A stretch of 63,999 nt of DNA, the filler included. It is 14 parts of 14 records of this genome, joined end to end, with 100 filler letters (N's around TTAATTAATTAA, not from the genome) between each part and the next. Parts side by side here need not be neighbours in the genome. Positions count along the whole stretch, not along the records: positions 17,146 to 22,466 come from SRR9188676_2772; positions 22,567 to 24,566 come from SRR9188676_2777; positions 24,667 to 27,218 come from SRR9188676_2785; positions 27,319 to 31,932 come from SRR9188676_2788; 10 more parts are not named here. The stretch is one strand, 5' to 3'. A program made the translations under genes and the position numbers. Positions 17,965 to 29,345 of this stretch are shown one piece after another (the stretch's first letter is position 1; each line of letters starts with the position of its first letter). The notes below the pieces were generated by a model, which ran no database searches, was not told the origin of the DNA, and was given only the letters and a program-made list of their open reading frames with translations.

Positions 17965-20637
17965 ATGAGTAAAAGTATAAGTGCGGAGAAGCTGCGATTG
18001 AATACTCGCAAAGATAATAAGGGGTGGAAAAAGTGGGGTCCTTATCTCTCAGAGCGGCAATGGGGTACAGTTAGAGAAGATTACTCAGCCAATCAGGATG
18101 CTTGGAATTCAGTGACACATGATATGGCACGTTCAATTGCTTATCGTTGGGGCGAAGAAGGAATTGCTGGTATTTCAGACAACAAATCTCATATTTGTTT
18201 TGCTTTGGCTTTTTGGAATCATAACGACCATATTTTAAAAGAACGTCTTTTTGGCTTAACTGGTAGCGAGTCTAATCACGGAGAAGATGTAAAGGAATTA
18301 TATTATTACCTTGACTCTACGCCGACACACTCCTACATGAAAATGCTCTATAAGTATCCAATTAATTCATATCCTTATGATCAATTGGTTTCTGAAAGTA
18401 GAAAGCGTTCTCGTTTAGAGCCTGAATATGAAATCCTTGATACGGGTGTTTTTGATAACAATGAGTACTTCGATATTTTTATAGAATATTCTAAAGCAGA
18501 CGAACAAGATATTCTTATCAAAATAACGGCTCATAATAGAAGTAAAAAGACTGCGCCACTTACTATTTTACCAACTGTTTGGTTTAGAAATACTTGGAGC
18601 TGGGGCTACGAAAACTACAAGTACAAACCAATGATGACTGGTGTGGCGAAGAAAGCCATCGATATTGACAATAAAAATATTGGTCATTACAAACTGTACT
18701 GCGAAAATGCTCAGGAATTACTTTTCTGTGAAAACGAAACCAATTTTGAACGTCTTTATAAAGTAGGAAATGCTTCGCCTTATTGTAAGGATGGTATCAA
18801 TGATTATATCGTTGATGATAAGAAAACCGCTATAAATCCGAATAACATTGGTACAAAGGCAGCCGCTAGATATACTAAAACCATTAAAGGCGGTGATAGT
18901 TATACGGTTAGACTTCGTTTAGTTGACCATTCTATTCTTGAACCATTTGGTGGTTTTGAAGATACAATGGATAAACGTATTCGTGAAGGAAATCAGTTTT
19001 ATGAAGAAGTACAGCAAGGTGTAGAAAATCCAGAATTGTTAAAAATCCAGCGACAAGCTTACGCAGGTATGCTTTGGACGAAGCAATGGTATTATTATAA
19101 TATCAACGAATGGATAAAAGGCGACCCTGCTATGCCAAAGCCTTCGGAATATAGAAAGTATGGACGAAACGCAGGTTGGCGACACATGTATTCAGCCAAT
19201 ATTTTGTCGATGCCCGATAAATGGGAATATCCGTGGTTTGCAGCTTGGGATTTAGCCTTCCATACGTTACCATTGGCTAGGGTTGACCCAGATTTTGCAA
19301 AACGTCAATTAGCTGTAGTACTCCGTGAGTATTATATGCACCCGAACGGACAAATTCCTGCTTATGAATGGTCGTTTTCGGATGTGAATCCGCCTGTACA
19401 TGCTTGGGCAACTTGGAAGGTTTATGAAATTGACAAAGAAATGAATGGCAAAGGTGATATTGCCTTTCTCGAAAAAATCTTCCATAAATTATTACTAAAT
19501 TTTACTTGGTGGGTAAACCTAAAAGATGAAGGAGGAAATAATATTTTTGGTGGAGGCTTCCTTGGTATGGATAATATCGGAGTATTCGACCGTTCGGCTA
19601 CTTTACCAACTGGCGGACGTTTAGAACAAGCTGACGGTACTGGTTGGATGGCAATGTACAGCTTGAATATGTTACGAATTGCCGTAGAAATTGCCTTGGA
19701 ACGTCCTGTTTATCAAGACATGGCTTCAAAATTCTTCGAACACTTTTTGCATATTGCGGGAGCGATGCAATCGCTTGGAGGAGATGAAATAAGTCTTTGG
19801 GATGAAGAAGACCAATTCTATTATGATATGCTTCATTTACCGAACAATAATAGCATGTTGTTGAAAATCAGGTCGATGGTTGGTTTGATTCCTCTTTTTG
19901 CAGTAGAAGTCTTGAATCCTGAAATGCTTGAAAAGTTACCAGATTTCCGTCGCAGAGTAGAATGGGTTTTAGCGAATAGACCCGACTTAGCAAGTTTGAT
20001 TTCTCGTTGGTATGAATCAGGTAAAGGAGAAAGTAGATTACTCGCAATTCTGAGAGGTCACCGTATGAAAATGATTATGAAAAGAATGTTTGACGAAACA
20101 GAATTCCTTTCTGATTTTGGTATTCGTTCACTTTCAAAATATCATTTAGAACATCCTTATCAGTTCAGAGTAAATGGCGATGTACTCAGAGTAGATTATA
20201 CACCTGCCGAATCAACTGGAAGTATGTTTGGTGGAAACTCAAACTGGCGTGGACCAATTTGGTTCCCAATGAATTTCTTATTGATTGATTCGCTGATGAA
20301 GTTCCAAGAATATTATGGAAACGATTATGAGGTAGAATATCCTACCAATTCGGGTAATATGGTGAGTATCAAAGAAGCAGCGATAAGTATTTCAGAGCGT
20401 TTGATAAATCTATTTACTGAAAACAGTGAAGGAAGACGTCCAATGTATGAGAAATACGAAAAAATGCAAAGCGACCCTCACTTTAAAGATTTGATTCTTT
20501 TCAATGAATATTTTGATGGTGATACTGGGAAAGGGCTAGGAGCTGCACACCAAACGGGTTGGACTGGTCTTGTAGCAGAGTTGATATTGAGTGTTTCTAA
20601 AGCAGAGAAAAATAGCTTTAAAGAAGCGAAGATTTAA
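17965..20637 (+). CDS. MGH1-like / GH63 family glycoside hydrolase
   Basis: WGPYLSERQWGTVREDYS, SMPDKWEYPWFAAWDLAFH, NSNWRGPIWFP and EYF.GD.G.GLGA.HQTGWT. Confidence 0.92.
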   Translation: MSKSISAEKLRLNTRKDNKGWKKWGPYLSERQWGTVREDYSANQDAWNSVTHDMARSIAYRWGEEGIAGISDNKSHICFALAFWNHNDHILKERLFGLTGSESNHGEDVKELYYYLDSTPTHSYMKMLYKYPINSYPYDQLVSESRKRSRLEPEYEILDTGVFDNNEYFDIFIEYSKADEQDILIKITAHNRSKKTAPLTILPTVWFRNTWSWGYENYKYKPMMTGVAKKAIDIDNKNIGHYKLYCENAQELLFCENETNFERLYKVGNASPYCKDGINDYIVDDKKTAINPNNIGTKAAARYTKTIKGGDSYTVRLRLVDHSILEPFGGFEDTMDKRIREGNQFYEEVQQGVENPELLKIQRQAYAGMLWTKQWYYYNINEWIKGDPAMPKPSEYRKYGRNAGWRHMYSANILSMPDKWEYPWFAAWDLAFHTLPLARVDPDFAKRQLAVVLREYYMHPNGQIPAYEWSFSDVNPPVHAWATWKVYEIDKEMNGKGDIAFLEKIFHKLLLNFTWWVNLKDEGGNNIFGGGFLGMDNIGVFDRSATLPTGGRLEQADGTGWMAMYSLNMLRIAVEIALERPVYQDMASKFFEHFLHIAGAMQSLGGDEISLWDEEDQFYYDMLHLPNNNSMLLKIRSMVGLIPLFAVEVLNPEMLEKLPDFRRRVEWVLANRPDLASLISRWYESGKGESRLLAILRGHRMKMIMKRMFDETEFLSDFGIRSLSKYHLEHPYQFRVNGDVLRVDYTPAESTGSMFGGNSNWRGPIWFPMNFLLIDSLMKFQEYYGNDYEVEYPTNSGNMVSIKEAAISISERLINLFTENSEGRRPMYEKYEKMQSDPHFKDLILFNEYFDGDTGKGLGAAHQTGWTGLVAELILSVSKAEKNSFKEAKI

Positions 20638-20655
20638 AAATTTTTGACTTAAAGT

Positions 20656-20687
20656 AAAAGGTATCAGTGTTGGCTGATACCTTTTTT
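20656..20687. terminator. Bidirectional terminator between convergent genes
   Basis: AAAAGGTATCAG-tgttgg-CTGATACCTTTTTT. Confidence 0.8.
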
Positions 20688-20688
20688 A

Positions 20689-21966
20689 TTATACCAACAC
20701 CGAAAACAAATCGGGTTGTTCGTTCAATTTTTGATAGACGATGTTCTGGGCAATCATTCGCTCTAACATGGGTTCATAATCCTCTTTGTGTTTCAGTTCG
20801 ATGCCTAACAATACAGGACCAGATTCTCGGTTTGTTTTTTTCTGGTACTCAAATAAAGTAATGTCATCTTCTTCTCCCAACACATTATTTAAAAAATTCT
20901 TCAATGCGCCTGCTCTTTGCGGAAAACGAATAATAAAGTAATGTTTTAAGCCTTCATAAAGGAGTGAACGTTCCTTTATTTCTTCGGTACGAGTAATATC
21001 ATTATTTCCACCAGAAACCAAACAAACCACATTTTTACCTTTTATTTCCTCTTTCATAAAATCCAAAGCGGCAATGGTTAAAGCTCCAGCTGGTTCGGCT
21101 ACAATGGCAGATTCGTTATATAATTCTAAAATAGTTGTACATACTTTGCCTTCTGGAACAACAATAATATTATCCAGAGTTTCTTTACAAATATTGAAAG
21201 TCTTTTCGCCAACACGCTTAACGGCTGCTCCATCTACAAATTTGTCAATGCTTTCCAATTCAATTACATGACCGATCTCAAGACTTGCTTTCATTGAAGC
21301 CGCACCAGCAGGTTCAACACCGATGATTTTGGTATGTGGAGAAAGTTGTTTGAAAACCGTAGAAACACCAGCCGAAACTCCACCTCCACCAATCGCCAAA
21401 ATAATATAATCTATCTTAACATCCGAATCTTTAAAGATTTCAAGCCCGACAGTCGCCTGACCAGTAATCACATCCATATCATCAAAAGGATGAACGTAAG
21501 TAGCATTGTGTTCTTCGCAATATTGCTTGGCAGCATTTGACGCATCATCATAAGTATCGCCAACTAGCATTACTTCAATATCATCTTTCCCAAACATTTT
21601 TACTTGTTTGATTTTCTGATTTGGCGTAGTCGTAGGCATAAAAATCGTGCCTTTTACTTTCATTTTATGGCAAGCGTAAGCCATGCCTTGCGCATGATTT
21701 CCCGCAGAAGCACAAACTACTCCTTTCGCCAATTCTTCCGCAGAAAGCCTAGCCATTTTATTGTATGCACCTCTGATTTTATAAGAGCGAACAATTTGTA
21801 AATCCTCTCTTTTTAAAAAAATATTAGCATCATAGCGTTCGGAAAGAACAATGTTTTCGGTAAGTGGAGTATGAACTGCTACACCACGAAGGCGCTCAGC
21901 CGCTTCATAAATACTTTCGAGCGTGGGGAAAATAGCATCTTGTTTTTGATCTGTTTTATTAGCCAT
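20689..21966 (-). CDS. ilvA: Threonine ammonia-lyase (biosynthetic, short form)
   Basis: KREDLQIVRSYKIRGA (PLP lysine), SAGNHAQG, GGGG loop and one C-terminal ACT-like domain FPQRAGAL. Confidence 0.97.
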   Translation of the reverse strand: MANKTDQKQDAIFPTLESIYEAAERLRGVAVHTPLTENIVLSERYDANIFLKREDLQIVRSYKIRGAYNKMARLSAEELAKGVVCASAGNHAQGMAYACHKMKVKGTIFMPTTTPNQKIKQVKMFGKDDIEVMLVGDTYDDASNAAKQYCEEHNATYVHPFDDMDVITGQATVGLEIFKDSDVKIDYIILAIGGGGVSAGVSTVFKQLSPHTKIIGVEPAGAASMKASLEIGHVIELESIDKFVDGAAVKRVGEKTFNICKETLDNIIVVPEGKVCTTILELYNESAIVAEPAGALTIAALDFMKEEIKGKNVVCLVSGGNNDITRTEEIKERSLLYEGLKHYFIIRFPQRAGALKNFLNNVLGEEDDITLFEYQKKTNRESGPVLLGIELKHKEDYEPMLERMIAQNIVYQKLNEQPDLFSVLV

Positions 21967-21991
21967 GTTGATGAAATAAAGCCTTTGATTT

Positions 21992-22465
21992 TTATTTTAC
22001 AAATATAAGATAGTTTATGTCTTGATAAGATGTAATCTTTTTGAAACCATAATCCTTGTACTCTTGATTGATGAATTGCGTTAAATTATTATTACTTAAA
22101 TCTCTTGATTTTTCATCTAAGTAAATAAAATTTATATTTTTCTGTTTTACAAAAGAACCAATGTTTACATTATCTTTTTTTAGTAATGGATTTGAAAAAT
22201 AATTATCTAATTTTTCCTTAAAAAATATAGGAGAAAATGGTTCATTAGACATAAGAGATACTTTTTGATACTCAGCCTTTTTTAGAATGTATTCATATAG
22301 TGCTAATGTTTTCGGCACTTCAGAGTTGCTATTGTATTTTAATGTATAACCTAATGTCCAAATTCCAATAATTATAAGAAAAGCAAATTTTGGGAAAGTC
22401 CTTTGCTTAAAAACGACGCTATTAAGTACAATACCAATAAGTGAAAAATAGATAATAAGATGGAA
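21992..22465 (-). CDS. C-terminal part of a membrane protein (5' end off-contig)
   Basis: The frame stays open to the contig edge with hydrophobic segments (FHLIIYFSLIGIVL; FAFLIIIGIW). Very AT-rich. Confidence 0.6.
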   Translation of the reverse strand, partial: FHLIIYFSLIGIVLNSVVFKQRTFPKFAFLIIIGIWTLGYTLKYNSNSEVPKTLALYEYILKKAEYQKVSLMSNEPFSPIFFKEKLDNYFSNPLLKKDNVNIGSFVKQKNINFIYLDEKSRDLSNNNLTQFINQEYKDYGFKKITSYQDINYLIFVK

Positions 22466-23202
22466 TNNNNNNNNNNNNNNNNNNNNNNNNNNNNNNNNNN
22501 NNNNNNNNNNTTAATTAATTAANNNNNNNNNNNNNNNNNNNNNNNNNNNNNNNNNNNNNNNNNNNNTTTTTTTTTTTTTTTTTTTTTTCATTTATTACGT
22601 TTCCGCTGCGCGAATCGATCCTACATTCGTGCAATGTTTATACCCTCGACTTCGGGCAAGATGCCCGATGGCACATTTGGGTGTGTGGATATATTGTGAG
22701 GACGCTCAGTATTTTTCGTATATTTTAGGGCCCGAATGGTCATTCCTGGCGGTTGCGGGAGAGTCCAATTACCGTGAATACTTCGCCGATATTCGTGTAC
22801 ATGTGGAGCCCCTGTCACATGACTTGTTAAGGTAAGGCTTAAGAATATTAAAACTGTTCTCTGTCACATGACATGCTTTTGTAGGGCCGCGGAACCTTTA
22901 AGATCCAGTCTAAGAACCTCTGCCTCAGGAATCTGATAACGAAGACATATTCGATTCATTTCAGTCAGATAACTTGTTCTAGTCAAGCCTAACCCCTCGT
23001 CATCGACAAAAACGGAAATATCTGGACAAGTACATTCATCACATTCAAATTACTCAGATTGCTCGTCCTGAGGGATATTCAAGAATCATTCCCCTGCACG
23101 CAAGGATGATTGAAACTCAGCTGTGGCTATCTGTACCTGTATGTGGACCTGTGCCTGTGGATGCGTGTGCATGTTTTCATGGATTTTTGTTTTTCCCCAC
23201 AG

Positions 23203-24150
23203 AACCTATCCATTCTACTTCGAGGAGACGAACGATGGAAGGCAGCCATTCTACTCTGAAATTCTCCCCAAGCTCGAGCAATCAGGACATTCATTGATAG
23301 CACACAGTGGGGTCTTTGATCACATCCAGCACGGTGTAGCAGGCAGTAAGAACTTTGCTGAGGCTGATGTTGGAAGGGCTGCCATGGATAAAGTCAGGAA
23401 ACAGTTGAATCTGGACCTGCTAAAGATGAAGGATTGGATTGATGCCCATCCTGACTACTTGTTGATTATTGCAAGGTTTGTTTTCTCTTTCCATGCTCAT
23501 TAATAAGATGAAGGATGGATTGGCACCCTTCCTGACGACGAGCCTCTGATCACAAGGTTAGCTGGAATAATAGATGAGAAAAGTCTGATCGGAAGCAGAT
23601 AATATCAGCTTCGAAATATCTGAAGCATCAGATTGAGGAATATGGCATGGTGTTGGCAGGGCTGCCATTAACATTGTCAGGAAACAGTTCAATGAACTTG
23701 CTATTGATGGAGTGGATTGGCGGCCTTCCGGATTACCTTCGCATTACTGCAACATTAGTTTTTATTTTCTGGAGAGGATGGTCGAATATGGACTTTCTTT
23801 GCCATGAAGAATTGAATCGACGCCCCTGATCGATCTTTTCCAATTATTGTACTTTCTTTTCGTACTCACATCGTCCTTCCTCAAGCGCGCCCCTTACGCT
23901 CTCCCATGAACTTCTTTCCTGGTTTAGACGTCGATACATCTATAATTGTATTGATGAACATGATTTATAAGCTTATTTATCTATTTCTGGATGTGCATAT
24001 CTGTGATATATGTACAGTGACCACGGTGTGGACGCACACACATCCAAAGGCTCACGTGTGACTCACGGATACTCCACCAACCAGAATGAGGGCTATCTGA
24101 TGCTATACAACCCGGCATTCACAGGACCCCATGTGCAGCGTATTAATGCT
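23203..24150 (+). CDS. Eukaryotic alkaline-phosphatase-superfamily gene fragment (GPI ethanolamine-phosphate transferase/NPP-like), spliced
   Basis: Exon 23203-23475 (FDHIQHG..LLIIA) joins exon 24018-24150 across a GT-AG intron to restore the metal motif A-S-D-H-G. Confidence 0.7.
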
Positions 24151-27100
24151 GTAAGTACAAATCAGGTGTTCTGTCACTTGGCCTCAGATGCCGCGCAGTA
24201 AACAACATGGTGTTAATTCGATTGAAAACCGGTGTTATATCCGCGTTAAAATGGTGAGCTATTGAATTACTCCACCGATCTTGATGAATGTATCCCCGTG
24301 TCTGCGAAAAATGCTCAACCTCAGCTGCTAACTCAATACCGACACTCCTATCCTTCGTTTGTCATCAGCTTTGGCCATTTTAGAAGTTCATGGCGCTCTT
24401 TTGCGAGCGTTGTTTTTCAGGGCGAAAAAAAAAAATCAAAAAAAAAAAGAAGAAGTGAGAAAACACAAAACAGTGAATGGAATTGGAACATGAGCATCAA
24501 AAGCGAAGGTCCGCTCACTCATCTCTGATATGATTCATACTCTTAATGCCGATTCTTTTGCTGTGTNNNNNNNNNNNNNNNNNNNNNNNNNNNNNNNNNN
24601 NNNNNNNNNNTTAATTAATTAANNNNNNNNNNNNNNNNNNNNNNNNNNNNNNNNNNNNNNNNNNNNACCATTCTTGAACTCTCTGCTCTACCTTAAGTTG
24701 GGATAGAAGCAATGCATAATCTCTGGTAATTTGATCTTTTAAAATTTACATATCCATTCTCTTTCTCGCTCTCGAAGAAAACGTGTTCGATGCCATATCC
24801 GCGTTCTGGGCAACATTTGTACATTTGGACCCGTGAGCTTCGGCCCAAGTCTATGATTCTCTGAAACCAGGATAACGTAGGATACTTACTCTATTGTCCT
24901 CATCCTGTCATTAGATGGTGGCATTCTCTCTGTAACTCGTCTTCCGAAACGTCACGAAATATAAATGTTTATTGTTCAAGGAATAATAAACTACAAACTA
25001 CCGGTACATTTTAAATACCGAGTGGCTTTTATTTTAAACAATAACGTGGAACGTTATAATAATCGAGGTTTTTTGTATCAGTGTCCTTCGTCCTTCTGCT
25101 CCAGCAGTCTCGCAGCATGAAAAAAGTTGCTCGTTTTTTCCTGATGTGGAACTCGAACACTTGAAGGACAGAAAGCAATGGACGGAGAGATATGTACAGA
25201 GATAAATGTCACTCCTTGGGGTCAGCTTTGCGACAAGTAAACACGTGTAAACGCTAGGAGCTAGCTCTGTAGCTCTGAGCTCTGAGCATTTAAGCAAAAC
25301 ATCCAGAGAGGAATCCACATTGGTCGGCATTTAACATTGGTCAAATTTAATGTCAGAATAAAATTGACTACGGAAAACGAGTCAAAGAACATAAATCAAT
25401 AAAAAGAGTTGGTGAGTATATCGAATTAAAAGGACAGAGAGCCCGGATAACAGTTCACACTAACTCAGATGGGGCAAGCGAATAATATTATGAAAATAGT
25501 GATTCGAGCGTATCTAACGCCACAAAAAAACATTAACAAGAAAATGAATATTAGCCTCAATGAAAGTTCGAAATAAATAAAATAAGCTCATATTTACAGA
25601 AAATAAATAAATATTAACGGTTCGGAAACGGCAAAAAACTCAGAAAAATAACTGAACGGCAACAGTTGTAACTGTAAGCAGGCACGGAAACGACTGCAGC
25701 CTAACAGCCAATGATAACGATGAGATGAAATGGACGACGAAGAATAATAAAAAAGAGAAACCGAAAAGCGAAAAAACAAAACAAAAAACAGTGGATGTAG
25801 TGTCGGTCGACGAAATTCACAAACGTTTTTTGGTCCTCCATTCCCTCTAAATACAAGTTGATAATTCGGAATGTTGGATAATGGCTCGTTCCTGCTTGGT
25901 TGCTTGGAAGCAGGTGGGGGTTTCCCTCTCCCTATCTGTCCTCAACCAAAGTTGCTCTGTTCCCTATCTGTCCTCAGCCATATTTGTAGGGTCAGACTCA
26001 TACACAAAGGCGGCATTATTGTCGTTCCTGCTCCTAGCTCGCCTCGGCGCCCGAGGGGTGCCCCGAGGGGGAGTCCCGGGAGATGAATGGCCGCTGTTTG
26101 TCCCCATACCCACACCCATACCCATCATTTCAGGCGTGGGCATTTTGAGCAGGTTCAAGCGGTCTTTGGATGAGATTTCCACAGACCCACTGCGTTTGAT
26201 CGACTCCTTAACCGATTTCAATGTGTCCTCAAGATCCATGGCCGAGCTGTCCAGTTTCTCAAAGCGATGCACGTTCCGCATGTGAGACATGGACGTGTGG
26301 GGCTTTTCATCAGCATTGGAAATCTTGCTATCATCTTGGTGATTTCTGAGGGTAGAATTAAGAGGGACTTCAGGGGGAATGAAGACTTGTTTTGGCTATG
26401 CCCAAGGAAGAGAGGAATATCGCATCATGGCCCATGTGGATAGCACTCAATCATGTTCATCACCGTCATGCGGCTCTTTGCTTACGGGTGCCAACCGAAA
26501 ATTTTGATGCAAATGGAACGCTGTCTCCTATGTATGTCAAGAGATTTGTGGCCTTATCTAAGACCAGCACTGCCTTGATGTGCATTCATTTTCTCGTCTT
26601 TCTCCCTCGACCCCCCCCCTTTTTTTTTCTCTCTCTCTCCCTCCTTTTCTATTGCAGGAACTATCGCTGAAAAGAAAATCGAAGCAGAGCGAGTTGTGAC
26701 GAAGGACTCCAAGAATCTCAGCTCTGCCTCGCCCGAGGAGCGGCTGGTCAGGCTAGAGATGAGCATGGCGTCTCTGACCGACAACGTGGCCAGCCTCACG
26801 CAGGTCAGCACCCGCATCCTCGACGACCTGCACTACCTGCGCCTGCTGTCCGAGAGGCAAGAGCAGAGGCTCAAGCGAGCCGTGCCCGATGGCCATGCTG
26901 ATGCTGCTAGTACTGCATCGCTTGTGGGGGGGGGGGTGCAAGAAGAGGCTTCAGAACAGCCCCGAGGTCTGATAGTGGGGGTAATTATGTCCCCTATGAG
27001 GGCAATCTCGGCTGGGGCGGGGTAGGGAGCGGATTCCCACCCTCACCTACATCCAATTCTAGCTCCAACCCTGCGTTGAATTCCAACAATAATGCTGCGC

Positions 27101-28436
27101 AAGGACCGGCGAGTACCTTAGCGCACGGGGGCTCGAACTCTGCCCCGCACTTACTCTCTACCCCATCCTCTCAGCGAAACCGCTCGGATACTGCCACGTC
27201 AGCGTCTGTACCCCCCCCNNNNNNNNNNNNNNNNNNNNNNNNNNNNNNNNNNNNNNNNNNNNTTAATTAATTAANNNNNNNNNNNNNNNNNNNNNNNNNN
27301 NNNNNNNNNNNNNNNNNNCCCCCCCCCACCACGGCATGCACATCACGCTCGAGCATCTCCACGATGACCTGCAGCACCAGACACGCGTTCCGCTCCACAC
27401 ACAGCTGCTGGTAGCTCTGGTCGAGATTCACATCGCTGCCCAGCCCGTCTCCCCCTACAGAATTCAACACGAACAAGAAGAAAAGAGCAAAAGGAAGAAA
27501 AAACATCGAGTGAGGAGGCTGATCTTGCGAGCCATTTTATCTTGTGAATAGACGATGTTGTGAATGTTCCTTCTGCACCAGTCTCTATTTTCCGAATCAG
27601 TGAAGAAGACAAAAAGCATTGTCGACATCAGAGCTTTCTTCCCCAGCGAAATGAAAGGTGGTATAATAATACAAATATCTATTTGGCAGTTTGTCTCTCC
27701 AACGCCAAATGAGCTCTGCGGCAGCTAATGATTAACTCGCTAACATTTTGGATGTTCTCGCGCGATAACATGAGCCCAAGCAGACCAAGCATACCTGCAT
27801 CATTAGCGACGCTGCCGGCTTCAGTGGAACTCAGCGGATCACTAATGTCACCAAATAGATCACTATCGGTGACACCTTTCCCTCTTCCCCTGCCTCTCCC
27901 TCTCCCCCCCCCCTCTGGCTCCTCTCCCTCTCCCTCTTCCCCTACCTCTCCCCCTTCCTCTCCCCCGGCCGCCAGGCACGTCATTGGCGAGAAAGTTTGG
28001 CATGCCCAAGTCAGGCTCACTCGCACTCAGGTCTTGCATTGCTACATCTCCATCCTACACCATGTTCACGACACAGGTGGACGATGAAAATCAGAAAATG
28101 TAGGTTGGGGTAAATCCATAAAGCCACAAAGTGTTCAATACATTCATTAACAATTGAGAATTTATGGTTGTCATTATCCAATCTGGAGCAAAAGCCGGAT
28201 AAATTCGACATCATCATGGCGTCATGAAGAATAAAGTTGGATATTTATGGACTGAGAACAAAATACAATAGAAAAATAAATAAAAAAATGTTAGAAGAAT
28301 TGGGATTTGTCAATCTCAGGGATTGCCACACCCCAGAAGAATTTGGAGCGATACGAGAATGATATTAGATTTCATCATCAAATCCCATCTTTCACAAGAC
28401 AATACAAGACATTTCGCATCATATGAGATTACATAC

Positions 28437-29345
28437 CTGGAAAGCTACATATTTCTGGCAGCTGGCACCAGCCTGAGCGAGAATCTGCTCAAAGCGGACC
28501 CACTCTTCCTCCGTGCCATGAGTCCGGTTCACAGGCGTCCAGATTTCATCATTATTTAGAAAGGGTGGGAACAAGGAGAATGTCCGTGACAGAATAGCAC
28601 ACACCACCTGTGCTGTGGATGCCGAACATGCTGTTTGCAGACATGAGAGGAGGAGGTTAATGACACTTGTGACAGGTAAGGATTCTCGATTTGAGCATTT
28701 CTCTTGAGCTACTTTGAGAAAGTTTTCCTGGGTTTCAGCCGCGGCTTCGTCCTCAATATCCTTTACATATAATGTTCTCATGAGATTGATGAGTGTGGAT
28801 GGAAATTTTGCAGGCTTGGGCTCAGTTGAAGTTGCATACTTGAGCGCATGCTCGAGACACAGGGGTCGATGACCTTCAAAATCTAGCATTAAGGACTCCA
28901 GACAGGGAACATGAAAGCTTTTGCGACATTTGGAATCACTACATTGCAGACAAGCTCCAGATTTGGTGTTGCATATATCACAGACCAGAGCTACACGCTC
29001 TTTCATCGTCGGGTGATCAAGGTTAAGGTTGATGAAAGAAAGTCCAGGATCCAGAGTACATTCCGGAATAAGTTGTACACAGCGCACATGCGCCCAATGT
29101 CCTTGTCCATCAGACTTCATTGCGCCTCCCGTTTTGGGACATAGATGGCATTTCTGAGATGGCCTTTGAAGTCGACAAAGGTCACAGAACCAATCGCCAG
29201 AAGGAATGGATGAGATTCCATAACAGTTCTGATGAACTGCGATATGTCCACAATTTCGTCCTGAACAGATCACAATCTCGTTGCCTGGAGACCAGATGCC
29301 ATGGCCGCAAATTTCACAGAAGGATTCTTCATCGTCCGACTCCAT
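28437..29345 (-). CDS. PZP (PHD-zinc knuckle-PHD) chromatin reader, AF10/JADE/BRPF-like, first exon
   Basis: CEIC..C..C..VHQNCYG..WFCDLC, CHLCP..GGAMK..WAHVRC and CDIC..GACLQC..C..FHVPC. CAG|GTATGT donor at 28436. Confidence 0.88.

Noticed and set aside
24667-27218. Low-complexity ORFs at 25881-26390 and 26696-27218
   Set aside because: Probably exon fragments, but no product can be supported.
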